Shown piece after piece: positions 1 through 13,623 of a stretch of DNA of 63,292 nt (positions are counted from its first letter, which is position 1; each line of letters opens with the position of its first letter). The stretch lies in the NCBI GenBank assembly GCA_002633005.1, contig NMRA01000154.1, positions 244,216 to 307,507 on the forward strand, read 5' to 3'. The notes under the pieces were generated by a model. The model saw nothing but the letters and a program-made list of their open reading frames with translations. It did not search any database and was not told where the DNA came from. Origin of the DNA: Phoronis australis. Lineage: Eukaryota; Animalia; Phoronida. Both the position numbers and the translations under genes were made by a program.

Positions 1-3000
1 TTACTCAGAGACCGGTGGAGTTGATTTTCAGACACTTCAGGCCACACTTAACAACACGTGACGTCATGGATGGATGTTACCCATCATTTGCTGGTCCAGA
101 AACACAAAATACGTCACACATGTGGCCATACTGCATGCGCACACCCATGTGGCCACACTGTATGGTCAAGTCTGAACCCAGTGACGCTAGATGCATCGTG
201 AGAGCTTTGTAAAATAAACTCACGAGCTTGCTAGTGGACGCCTGAAAAAATGTCCAGCACAGAAAGTGATTGCAAGGTTACGGCAGCATGTTGAATAGCA
301 GGGAAATGGCACGTTCTGTTGTATAAGCGACGATTTCTCACCGCAGGTGTTACTGAAATTGACCTTGGTTTGCGCAGGAGCTCTCAACTTCCTGTAGCAG
401 TCGTTCTTACTCTTGCCCGAGTGCCAGCGAGTTGTCACGTGTTAATGTAGAGAGGAAAATAGTTCCACAAAGCCTCGGAATGGCCATGACCTACGGATCA
501 CGTGCCGTGCAAGACAACAGACATCTATATGAAGAGTTTTGGCCACAAGTTTTTGTCCACTGTATTGCATACAGATGGCATGCTGATTCACGAGTTTCAC
601 AGCAGGAGTTTCGTCAACCATATCAGCAACACCAAACGTCCAGCTCAGCCTGCTGTAGACGACACACTTAGAGGGAGACTTTAAAGCATTATCCATTCAA
701 CACGTAGTCAGACGTTCACATCTTCCCGAGAACAGAGAGGCATGTTACCGCTCTGAAGACTCCGCCACACTGGACAAACTCATGCCAGGCCTGCCTCCCG
801 TTCAGTAATGTTAGGACCTCGCTAAAAAGCAAGACTTCGCGTAGGTCCTACGTTACTGAACGCACGCCTGGCAATCTTACGGAAGTAGGTGAACATCTTG
901 TACGGCACAGAAACACCTACATGTAGATATTTGGGCATGCCAAAGCGGAACACTGGCATTCTCCTAAAATTTAGGAAGCCAAACACACCAAGGCTTGTCG
1001 TTTCCAGCACGAGCCTTGGTAACGGCCAGTAACGCTTCACGTTGGTGTGTACGATGCAATTACATTTCTAACTGCCAAATTGGTGTTCATGGCGGTCAAT
1101 GACGAAAGTGATTTGTGGGGGAAGTGACGAGACACCTAGATGTCAATTCTACCAGTCTCTTAACCAAGCAAGCATGCTTTTCCAGCTCAGCGCTAAAATA
1201 CGTGTCTATTGCGGCGCTTTTAAGTGATCTGCACCACGTAGTGTTTGTAAAAAATATGAAAATGTCCGAAATTGACAAAAATAGAAAATTTTAGGAAAGC
1301 CTAAAATTTTGGGAATTTAAGGAACGTCGGAGAGCCTTAGAATAGTAACGCAACATGAATAAAAATGACTCGGAAGATTCCACAACCTTTTGTATTAGTT
1401 TGGACATGTTTATGTTTTATTTAGCAGAGTGTCATGGTTAGCCAAAAATCAACTGAGAAAATTTATCACAAATAGTAAAATTGTTCTCAAATATTCCGTT
1501 ACTCATTTTACAACTAGTGATGTTCCCATTGTTACAAAACGAATGGTTTCAGTTTTGTAATTTCATGTTATAAAGCAACCCGAAATTGATGACAAAAAGT
1601 TTGTAAAATGTGTTATAAGGAATCCAAGACGAAAAGGAACATAGCTTATCAAAAAGGTAACGCCATACATCAGTCGTTCTCTTACGGGGAAAGAAACGGG
1701 AAACTACTTTTCAAATTGAAACAATAACTTAAATCTTTCCAGATTATTTTTGTAGTTTGTTTTCTTAATTTCAAAGTCTTCAATGTGCTGACAAAATGGT
1801 TCTATATTTGTTGAAAGCGAACTTGTTGCCACGTGTTCGTTGTCAAATCCCTTAAGACTACTGTAACTGTCTCTTCTCTGGTTGGCAACGTTTACAACTA
1901 CACCCATTGTTCATCCTACGTGTCAAAGGGACACGCCACCCACTGTCATAACGTCTTGGTACAAAACAAGTACAATAATTTAGTGAAATTGCCCAGGTTC
2001 AAATACAGCCGCTCCCATGGACTCCCCCCGCCACGCTTAGTCATAACGCAGCAGGTTTCCATTAGCTGTTCATGAAGATCTGAGCTCACTTTCAAAAATA
2101 ACAACAAAACATCTCAGTAATGGTTGTAATCGAGCAGGCCAACAATAAAATTCACTCAAAGAGTAACTTGGATTGGTGTAGGGATAATTATAGTAGGGTG
2201 AGCTACCTTTAAAGTTTCAAGGAGTCAATAATGGGCTTACCAATTTGGGAGTAGACCTGTCAACTCATAGAATGAATTGGTAGATGATTTCACTTTAATT
2301 TCTCTTTTCGAAATTGGAGAGGCTTGCTAATTTAGAACCTTCAAACCCGTCTAATATAGTGGACTCGCATGCGAAAATTTCTTCCGTAGCTTGGCACCAA
2401 ATATGTCCACCAGGACAACATGCAGTGATGCATCTGTCAACCTTCAATGACATCCTCTCTACAAAAGTGCCCCCTTTTTAACGTCACGGGGTCTGGGTAA
2501 AAAGAGAAGCCGCGAAAAGGTGTCGCCATTTTTTACACTTATCAGTGTTCAGCGTTCACTATCATTATAGCATTATCATTATTATCAAACATAAAGTGAC
2601 AAGGTTTTGCTATCAATAATATTCATATTTCGCGATAAAAATACAAAATACGACACGAAGCACAAAATTTCACCAGCCAAGATCAAGTTGATTTTCAATC
2701 TAAAAACGAGCACTTGAAGCAGAACTGAAAATAAATTTTGCGACCGAATAAAATGACTGTTTTCTCATAAAAGTATCGTTGCGCAAAGAAGCCTAGTGTA
2801 CCACAGGAGGGGAAATGAATATTTAAAGAATGAAGGTTAGACGCGATGTGACGTCACCGGTAGATACAGCCATGTTATGTATCCTGTAGAATAAATAATA
2901 CGTCATATGCATTGCACGAAAAGTATGCAATATTATCACATCGCTGTGCATTCGTTGAATAGCGCGAGAACCCCCATAGTACCCAATTATTCTGCCCACC

Positions 3001-4350
3001 CCTATTCCCATATTTCGTAGCAGGCAGAGAATCGAAAATTTAATTCTCAAAACGCTTGTTATAAGTCTTGCTATGGCGGTTAATATCATCCTAGATAGCA
3101 TGAGCTCGGATGATATAGTTTATCTTATTTGACCTTGTCTTGACCTCAGAGAGGAAAATTTGGTCAAGTAAATATTGTTTTAAGGGCAGGAAAACATGCT
3201 GTAAGGAAGCCGACCATCAAAAAATCAAATTAATTACGACGACGGGGTCGCGGAAGTATAGTAATTAGAGATCAATTTAAAGAATTACAAAAAATAAACA
3301 CAAGCAGCCTTCAGGACAAGCGGAAACTATTAATAGCTCATCAACCTAAACCGCGAACATTTATGTCGAACAATTTGTGACAAAGCGGAGGAATTAAAAA
3401 TACTCCAACAGAATTCCGACGCTATGCAAACTAAGAAAGCTACAACAAAGACGTGTTTAGTGTCCAGTCGTGAGTCAGGGTTATTCTAATAATGGTTGAG
3501 ATACAAAAATCATATTTTCTTTTCCCTGGGTCTCCCTTGTAACACCTTGTCTTTAATAGTGAGTTCGTGCGTCACATATTACGCTTGATAGCTTCCCCGC
3601 CACAACACTAAGCCTTTGTATCCATTTCAATCCAAAAAGCCGGTGAGAAAAGCTATTGCCGAGTAAAAAGGTTAAGTCAGCCAGAAAAAATTGGCTAAAT
3701 AGACCTTTTCAAAAGAAGACATGTAACCCCGAAGGGCAGCTCAGAGGTGTTTTAACGAGATGTTCGTGTAGGATCGAGAATTTGCGTTATACCGCATAGG
3801 ATAGGAGAAAGATTTGCAGTCACGGACACCATTCGAATATTCTTCTTTGGTATCGTTTCTATCATTTTTATATTAAACATTTTCAATCACGCACGATTAA
3901 GAAAAAAACACACACGCATACTACATGTATAGTGCCAGGGCACTGACTTAGTGAGATGATCATTTTATATAACTGCATTTGTTCTATTTTGTACGTCTAA
4001 ATCAAAATTATTTGTGATGTGGCTAAACGAACACGGTGAATACTATTTTGTGCGCAAAACTACACGTTCCACAAATGTAGAAAGTCGATACGTGTAAAAT
4101 AGGAAAATAAGTCAAATCAAAAGAAAGCATGGATAGGGAGCAGACGATTCTCTGTAGGTAATAATTCTTTGTTGCTAATAAATCACGTGATTTCATAGTG
4201 TAGATTAACGAAAAGTGAAATAATCAAAAAGTCACAGGGCAATCGATGGAAGCAACACATGCGATTGACATACAGTGTGGAGTTAAGAAAACAAAAAAGA
4301 TGGGAGATAGAAAATGATGAAAGGTTGGTTTGGGAGGAGAGCCACCGCTG

Positions 4351-4864
4351 TTAAGGGTCTGTAAGACCACATTGGCAAGTCTGCGCACTTCGCCAAACAT
4401 CTACAGAAGTAAAGATTTAATTCTGTAAAATAATACATTTTCTGAAACCCCAAAGTCGATAGACTGCTTTTTGAGCTTTTGCCAATCTGTCGTCAACTGG
4501 ATCACGTGACCATGTGTTCAGTAAAATTTAGCAAAAAGAAGTACATTGATAGCAAAACGACAGTATCAATAACATGATCAAATTTTATTTGTTTTTATCT
4601 CAAAAAACTATGTTAGTTTTCTAAAACGCCACTACGTTTTCGTTTTAAGCAACTTATTTTTTGATGAAAATCATAAAGAGCACCCGGTGCTCTCACCTTT
4701 TGCAAAAATGAGACATTTTAAAAACAAAATCCTAACATCATTTTGAAGAAAAGCGAATAACGCATAGTATGTAAAAGATGCCCATGGATCAGCAAAGTTC
4801 TGAGATATGATGTTCCGAAGTGAGCCAAATTTGGACACTTTTATGCTGTCTTACATAACCTCAG
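4351..4864. mobile_element. Dispersed TTAA-associated element, family B copy 1
   Basis: Imperfect TIRs AGGGTCTGTAAGAC / GTCTTACATAACCT after TTAA. The core (TTTTGCCAATCTG...ATCACGTGAC...CATTGATAGCAAAA) is shared in diverged form with the copies at 30300-30760 and 58902-59340. Confidence 0.7.
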
Positions 4865-5184
4865 TGTTATCGTGTTTTAGTGATGTACGCACTCAACCAC
4901 TTCGTCTGGTGGAACGGATAGGCCAATATTGAAAAGCAGTGTACAACGAACGACCAACAACCAGTGAGGGACAGAGAGTACGGGGTACAGGTATCTAGTT
5001 ATTTATGCAACTGTTTGTCACTCGGAATTATTAAGTTGCCACAAAATTTCACGAGAAGCCACGGTTGCAGATTTTGCAGAAGTATAGAGTCTTCAAATAA
5101 AAATTGGTGTAGATGAAAGTTACAACTTGGGGGTGAGATTTAACGTCGTGTTGTCGGTTGTCCAATCGGAGAGTTCGGCCGACG

Positions 5185-5357
5185 CAGTTACTATCTCGGG
5201 AGAACCGGCAGTTACCATCCTGGGAGTACCAAACAGTTACCATCCCGGAAGTACCGACACAGTTACCATCCCCGGAGTACCGACAGTTACTATTAAGGGA
5301 GTACAGACGCAGTCACCATCCCGGGAGTACCGACAGTTACCATCCCGGGAGTACCGG
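5185..5357. repeat. Minisatellite, about 7 copies of a 24-26 bp unit
   Basis: Unit approximately CAGTTACCATCCCGGGAGTACCGA; explains the repetitive ORFs at 5127 and 5158. Confidence 0.9.
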
Positions 5358-8300
5358 CTCTCATTGTGCCTCAATGGTCAAGTTTTCCAAGGAACAAATT
5401 CGTTCTTCTGGTAAAATGAGTTTAACAAATAAGTATATCAATTCTGAGCTACTAGATAACGTTGCGGCCAAAATGTGTTATCATGAAATGTACGTGTAGT
5501 AATGCATTTTACACACAGGCGGCAAACGATTTCCGGTGCAGGAAAAACGCAAGAAACTGACATCTCAGTAGCAAAGAAAAACTTCCTTCTAAATCAAGGC
5601 AGCAAACGCACTTGCTTTTGCACCTACATGTTGTACGGCAATTTGAAATGTAATTTGATCAGCGATGCAGCTTTGCCCTTTCCATCTGTAAATGTAACTG
5701 AAATAAAACCGCCAAAATACACGCATGTCGAACAAAGGCCAAGTCGACGTTAGACAAAACAAAGAGGTGGTTGTAAAAATGATCAAATGGGTTCAATGGT
5801 TGCCATGGAAGATAGCAGCGCACGTGACATTCAGACGATCGTTACTCGAGTAGCCTCGCCACGGAAGACAATTGCAACTTGCGGTTTTGCGAGTTCTTCA
5901 ATTTTTCATGTTCCATTCAATCACGTCGATGTAAGCCAAAGGTTAATCTGCGCTTCTCAACGTAATTAGCACTGGATAATGTGCTCTTGCTTGAGCCTAA
6001 CGCTGATAGGCAGAGACACGTCATTGGTTATAAATGATTGTTTAGGAGAGATTAACTCTAACCTTCGACTCGCGGCAACGATTTTTTAACAGCAGAGTAT
6101 ATTTATAAGTTCCGTGTCTTCACCTCGTCAAGCGTCTCCCCCAGATGTAGAAATGATCGGCTTCCAAAGTCAGAAAATGAAACCGTGACAACGACAACTT
6201 ATAGTTCATAAATGTCTTAGGTCAGCCATATTTAAGTACATTGTGCCCATTTAACTGTAGGAATTATATTTGTCCTAACCAAATAACACGCATGTCCATC
6301 CTGGCAATGCATTGCCAAAGTGACGTCGTCTTTTGAGGCTGCTACAGAAATGTACAAAACACCGCCCTTACCAAATATATTGGTAAATACTAGACTGTTA
6401 TCTTAATCATGTGTTTCCGCTTTTGATTTACTCTGACCACGACAACGGAAAATTAAGAACCTGGCAGCGATAGAGTAACGAATACCTGACCACTTCAAAA
6501 ATGCATCTAATTCCTGGACAGCAGAAACACCAGAGGCAGCACTTGCTTCAATAATAGGTCCATTATCGTAGTTAAACCGACACAAGTGACATTCAAAAAG
6601 ACAAATGTTTAGGAAGAAAATAAAAACCTGGATATACTTGGCCAAAATACAAACAACGAAATCACAAGTTCCGTCATTTGACTTGGAGTTGTAAGCCACG
6701 TAGCTTACCTGTATCGCTATGTTTTTAATTCGCCTGAGTTCAATCTAAGGCGTCAATGGTAAATTAAATGTGTCAGAAAGAAATTATTGCAGATGATACG
6801 TCGAAGATATCGCCATCAACATGGTCTCCTTTGGCACACAGCACACACGTGCGCGCCATTGCTGGGCAGAAGACATGCCCATGCCACTAGATACAACAAA
6901 AATATGAAAATATATGAATCTTGTGAGACAAATGGTGGATTACGGCAGACCATGCAGTGCCTCTGATTGGAAAGCCTCGACGTGAGCACCTGTAGCGCAG
7001 GCGTTAATGGAAACCCTCGTATTAAGCACCTGCAGCGAAGACGTTAATGAAATAAAAATATCTAATGCCCATCTAAATCTGACACAGCTGATTATTTTCT
7101 GCGGCAGCTATGAAGTGTTTCTACACCTATTCCTGACAGTGTTTCCACACCTTTTCCTGATAATTTCAGGTCATCAGTATGTGCACACAAGATGATGACG
7201 ATGTGTAAATTATCCTTTTGATGACGAGGACAGTGATGGTGGTAACAACAACGACCTACGTAGTCCAAAGGAGCCCGACATCTACATGCAGGTCAACAAA
7301 GGTCGACGGTCAAATCCGAGTGTTAAAGGTCAAGAGAGACAACCCTGCTTGTGAAAAAATACTTTCACCGCAGACGAATTGACCTAGATGTAATACCAAC
7401 TGTTGTTTTCTGACTTGACATTAATCTATACAATTTACATTCTGTGTCATTTGTGATTTATCGTTGTTATGCAAGATTGGATACGTATTCAAACAAAAAT
7501 ATAAATAGAAGTCTCTTCTTAATAAGGTGTACTCGCAAAATGGTATGGTCAACGAACGATACATTTATATCTGTATGACAAATATAACTTGAAATCTCGA
7601 TGAGTCGCGCTGACTAAGTTTACGGCCAAGAAGTTAAAATTTCCATGCCATTTTCGATTGAAAAATTACACATGAATTTCTGTTACTTGTTCACAAGAAT
7701 GTGTAGATACAAATTGCGTGGCACGTTGTAATCGTTCCTCTATACACAAACTTAAAAACATGACAGGTTAGAAACCACCAATATAGGTCTTAAGCATATC
7801 CCAAAACAGTCCGACACACAGCCATAAAGAAAGGCAGGTTTTCAATTATTGTAGGATTGAAGTATTGTATATAGTTTGGCTAAATTATACGAGAAAACAT
7901 AAATGAATACTGTCATTTTGCTTGAAATTTTCCCTGCAGAAAGGTTTACACCATGACTCAGAATGAAATTCATGCTGACTCGATTTGTTAAAAACGCGGC
8001 TAATTTTAAAATGCCTCAACCCAGGAATTGCCCAACCTAGTCCGAAAATAGGAAGCAGACGTGAACGAGGAGTGTACGAAACCGCAGACTAGTTAGAGTG
8101 ATTCTCGTTGACAAGGCTGAGGCAGAGCTCGCTAGGTACTCGCAGGAACACCCGCTAATACGCAGCAAATCAACTAGAGACGAATACGTTAGAAATAAGT
8201 TAACCTCAGAGGAAATGTCGCGTTGCTTATTATTTGAAATTTACTCATACATGAAGTTACTAGACAGATCATTGACTGTAAGATATTTCATACCGCTTCC

Positions 8301-8405
8301 TGGATATAGCCAGCGACTAAAGGCAGTCTTTTTCACCTGGTCACTCGTCCATTTGCGCAAGCAGGACATTGAATAGAAAGCACGTGACTCACCCTAGTCT
8401 TATGT

Positions 8406-8776
8406 GCCGGCTTGTATAAAACAGTCCCAAAAAGCTTTTCACCGCAGTTGTGGGCTTGTAACAACACTAGTTGTCCTTTTTGTGTTGTTTTATTTTCGTT
8501 ATTAAGTCTATTTTTGGCCTTGATACACGCAAAGGGTTAACTCCACGTTGAATCCTCAATATTATTAAAAATCAAAAGAAACCTTTTCATGCAATGCCCC
8601 TAAATCTAGGGACTGCGTTCCTATTTATTTTCGGTTTCTTGAATACTGGAAGATGGTACTGAGTCAAAGGGGAGCTCGTAGTAAAGATACAAAAACATAT
8701 CATTTGCGAGTAAACTAAGACATAAAAGCGCCGAAGATTTATGAGTCCCTATTTAGACTTTTTCATGCAACTGGTC
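8406..8776. mobile_element. MITE family C, second copy (in the COUP-TF intron)
   Basis: Shares TTGATACA, CCTTTTCATGCAA, TAGTAAAGATA, GAGTCCCTA and TTTCATGCAACT in the same order as 35711-36138. Confidence 0.7.
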
Positions 8777-11700
8777 TTTGGTGTTTCTTTGTAGTGCTTG
8801 TATTTCGTACACAAGCCCCCGGATAGTTCAGGTATATTTGTGCATACTCAATGTACTTTTTAGCATACCCGAAGTTGACATGTTTCACCTAAAGTTTCAC
8901 AACAATTTTTTACTGTGACAATTTGATTTTATTTTTCTCCCAGGATTTATTTCGTTTTGTTGAACAAATATCCGGAAGTGCATGAAAAATTGAGACAGAA
9001 TTGAGATGTTCTATATGACTTCATAGTGCGATCTGCGCAGACACAAATTGTCAAAACCAGGCAAATTGCCACACATTTGGGTCAACACATGCGACCTAAA
9101 ATTTCACAACAAATTTTTACTGTGACAATGCGGGCCTGCACTATACGGCCCAAATTATCACAGCATGCACTGAATCTAAACTGCAGTGGGATGTTTTACT
9201 TAAGGAAGGCGAGCGTTCTCGCGTGCAAGCTGAAAACACTCGTTTGTAAATGATTCTATCAAAGAGGGCTTGGTCTGCAAGGGGTTAAGGGGGTTTGGCT
9301 TCATGAAGTTGGGGCAACTTGGTGATGTAAAGGATTTGTGCAGAGAGAAGATGACTCGATAACTTTGACCACGAGAACAAAGTTCTGCCATATACGTCAC
9401 GCCTTTTCCAACACTTTCCAGTTTAACGGAATTTCGAAGATTTGAATATTTAAATATACATGTAACTGACAAAGCAGTATATCCGAGAACCAGTTTAAGC
9501 AGAGGCGAGAAAGGTTTTATGTTGACATCCCGTCATGTGTATCGGACCGTTATGCACAGAACATGAATGAGTAAAAAGCATCGAATAAATGAAAGCTATC
9601 TACCGTGGTATTAGGAAATCCATTCACAGAATGACAGCTAAGAACTTTTTCGATATATCTGAATTTTTAAACACGTCATTTCATCTTTCCTGGAAATCGT
9701 TCCTCGATTAATAAATGAAGAGATAACGCGGTTGTAGCGATATTTCAGCGACTCCCAACCGAATAGTCAAATTAAAGACAGACTTTTGATTATTCGGTGT
9801 CAGTTATTTTGGAAATATTAACACTGGGAGTATCGTTAAATGAATGCGTGTTCGCTCCCTTTCGGAGAAGCAAAAACCCGTAATTTCAAACTAAAATTCG
9901 ACAAGCCATTTTTCCGAATAGCGGCGACAAGAAGAAATTAGGCATACGTAGGCCTATGAGTTATACATTGTATTATGGACATCGTATATGAACAATTGTG
10001 GAAAGCAATTGATAGTCCTCTTATTTTCAGAGTTGAACGTGCTTTTGATGACAAAAGAGAAACTAAAACAAAAAAGACCCAAGTATCAGTTAGATAGTGC
10101 GCAAGTTGCGGCACATGCCAGTCATAAACTATTCGTGATCACTGAATGCACAGGCACAACTTCTCCACCATTTTCAGTGAATCTGGGTGTAATATCCAGT
10201 AATCTCGACTGCCAATATGTCGAGACCGTTTCTCGGTTCTTTTAAAGGATGAAAGCTTCGTGCCCAACACTTTTACGAAACTAATTTACAAATGATAGTC
10301 TCCTTTCACGCGCTAATATAGTCACGTGTCACACGGCGCATGATTATCACGTTCGCAGTGTCAGCCTTGAGCTGTCCCAGATGATTCGAGCAATGCCTAT
10401 TATTCATTGATAGTTCAGTAATAAAAAGGCTGCTTTTCACCGTAAAGAGTTCACGAGTCAAGATATTAATGAAAGTGCACCGAGTTCGAGTGGTCGTAAT
10501 GTTGGCTGGGTCTCACGTATAATGAAATCGTTAACAAGGGAATTCAAAATATTGAGTGAGAGGTTGCTAGCAGAAATTCAACAACATTGGGTTTCTTAAC
10601 CTACGCAATTTCAACACTGGTTACACGACTGTATTTACTATGTGCTTAACTAGAACAGTAACGTAGTTTTCGATTTTACTCCACGAATAATTAATCAGCT
10701 TAGCATAAGCGCCACTTGCCGAGTGCAGTGCGGACATCACAGGAAAGTTTATCATTTCTCATCATAACCCCAGCGCACTTACTGCCATTTCCTTCATTCT
10801 GGCTCGCATACATCCAGTCGATTTACACTATTTTGACTTCGTTTCATTTTAGCCATGACGAACATTTCAAAACATTGCTCAGTGTCAAACACACGTTTTA
10901 TTCCTGGGTCTAGCACGCTACAGCGGAAACACGTGACGGGTTAACATAACTTTTCACAAACACCTTGCGAATGTGTCCTCACAAATGGCGGACCACAGAA
11001 GCTCATGAATTCCAAGGCGTTTGACCCGAAATCAATCTATTTGACCTGTCTGCGCATCGGCGATTCCAATGTGGAAAGTCTAGAACTCTACTTAACCTCA
11101 ACTTTTCGTTTCAAGAGGTGTTTCATCAGTTTACATTGCTATCGTGCCCTCGAAACCGCAATGGACTTAAAGTAAACAGAAAACCGAGTTTGAATGTAAA
11201 TGGGGTGCTGATTGTCAGGTGAAAGTCTATAGTAGATTGCTCATCGCATGATGATGCGTTGACAAAATCATGTAATTCCATGAGTTCTGGATGGTTATTG
11301 CCTTTAAAATACTCAAGCAAAATTCTACATCTTCTCCTAATCTAAATAACGGCCACGTGACGTGTTTTCAGTGGAACAACCTTTTGCCAGTCTGACAGGA
11401 GATACAAGCAACACACTACAGTCAGGGCCCATCAATTTACGTGAATTAGACAACGGAAGTGTAAAGTCAACTGGGAGAGGTTGGCACCTGGTAAACAATC
11501 TGACACATCCAAGAATCCGATACAACATCACTCTGCGTAGTGCACTGAAGTGATTGAAAGAATGTGGCTGTAAGTTCTAGCAGAAGAAACACAATTGGTT
11601 GGCGATCATAACTAGAGCACACATATACCTTTACAATACAACAAAAATGACAAATAGCAGTCAATATGGATGGCTGAGCGACAATAAATAAAGGACACTC

Positions 11701-13102
11701 CTTAGCAGGGATTGAAAAAACGGTACCGCGCTTAAGTGGCATTTTAAAATGTCTAACCAGTAGGCGAATACGAGACCCAAAAAGAAGAGCGGAAGAAGAA
11801 TAAAAAGAAAAAAAGTAGAAGATATCAGTGGGAACAATAAGAAATCAAGGAAGAGGAGTGGTCGGGGGGGGGTCGGGGAGGGGGGCACCGCTGTGTATAC
11901 TACAGTATATGAGGTGTCTGGAAGCCTGTGCACGTCGAACGATTTTTATACTATGTTAGTGCGTATGCAAAAAACGAGTTTGCACCAAACTCAATAACTG
12001 GGTCGCCACATGATAGACATGCCGGTACTAACGAGTTTCGTTACTTCTCATGACATGGCAATAATTTAGCCGAAGTAATCTGCCACTTCACCCTGCTGGC
12101 CTACGTGAACAAAAGGTTGTCTGCAGTGGCCGTCTGTTTGAACTGTGTCACCGATATCAACTGATATCAGATTGCGTTCATGTCACCCTGACAGCGTCTA
12201 CCACAGTCTCTGTAAACACCGCCCAGGGCCGTGTCTACCCACGGCGAGGGGGATCGAACAATCTCCCGGCCGGGACAGGCGATATCGTGTGGAGAGAAAC
12301 GTACTGGGTGACAACACCATTGCAACAGCTAATGGCATGGGCAGGTGAATTACGTGATGAAATTGTATTTGATTTTAGGAGTCAAATAAACCGAGCGTGC
12401 AGATGCATGAGCGAGCGTTATGTGCACGTGGCGGTTCTAAAATTCTTCAGTCTCGGAACCAGGGGCGGGTGGAAGTCGACGGTCACAAAACAACGAACGA
12501 GAATACGTCGATAAAACTGCGTTACGACAGCGCTTGACGCTATAAACGTACAATGGGCAAATGTACAGATAAACGTGGGGAACAAACGAAGCTACAAAAA
12601 TTATAAAACTGTCGCCATTTTCTCTATAACCTAGTTTATTCGAAGATAATGTGAAAATCCTCAAGGAAAAGCTGTCGAAGCAGTAAATCACGTGAAAATT
12701 ACTCTACCGAGCCAAATTTTGACGAGCAGAGGTTCTGTTATTTTTGAAAGAATCTCACATTCACATAGTGTCTTAAATCAGAAAGACTCTTCCGAGCAAG
12801 GCAGGTGAGACACTCCAAAGTTTTCAAATGTTCTTTTTGACACAGGAATTTTGAGCAAGCTATATATTTTGAATGTCTGTTAGCTATTAGTGTAAAAAAC
12901 AGTCGGTGGAAGTATAGAATGGGGTTACTGACTTGTTAACGGGATGACCGTATTTTAACAATGCCTAAGGGCAAAACATTAACATAACGCTTAGCACTGT
13001 ACCACTTTGCAGTGCTTCTCAGATTAGGACGACCAACCATGCTTTGTCATCATAAATTACCGGACTTTCCAAAAATGAAAATCTGTCCCGGATCACACGC
13101 AT

Positions 13103-13623
13103 TTAAAGGGGCCTTTAACGCGATAGACTAAATGTCTAAAATTTCTAATGTTGAAAGTGCTTCTCTGCCGCTGAAACTGAATTCAGCCTGCTCACCAGGT
13201 ACTTTTAGGAATTGTTCGTAAAGATTTTTAATTTCTGTTGATATCAAAGCATTTTCTTTTAGTTTCAAATTTTAAAAAAGATCAAGAGCACGTCTCCTTA
13301 TGTGGTATGGCAAGACATAGACGTAGTTTATTTCCCTTATATGGAAAATGTGACCTTCGACCTCAAGGTACTTCAAGTAACTGACTGTGAGCGCATGCGC
13401 GCGCGCATTTATCATAAGTGGGAGGGACATTAGAAACACTGTGGTAACCACAGAGTTTTTCATTCACGCGTATTTCAAAAACCGTTAATTTTGCGATTTT
13501 TTTCTGGACATTACCTCACAGGGGAAATTGAATTACTCTGTACTAGACGTTGCGGGATGGTACTATCATTAGGAATTGTTCATAGGATGTTTTGACGAGA
13601 TTTCGCGTTCCATGCCTCTTTAA
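13103..13623. mobile_element. TTAA-flanked non-autonomous DNA transposon (Kolobok-like), family A copy 1
   Basis: TTAA|AGGGGC...GCCTCT|TTAA. Collinear inverted similarity to 20206-20955. Confidence 0.8.

Noticed and set aside
6403-6699. 98-aa minus-strand ORF with a hydrophobic stretch as a COUP-TF exon or nested gene
   Set aside because: No resemblance to the NR2F hinge or LBD or to any family I recognise; it starts at a non-ATG codon.
8887-9129. 36-bp direct repeat 207 bp apart as mini-LTRs
   Set aside because: No TG...CA ends, primer-binding site, polypurine tract or TSD; probably a local duplication.
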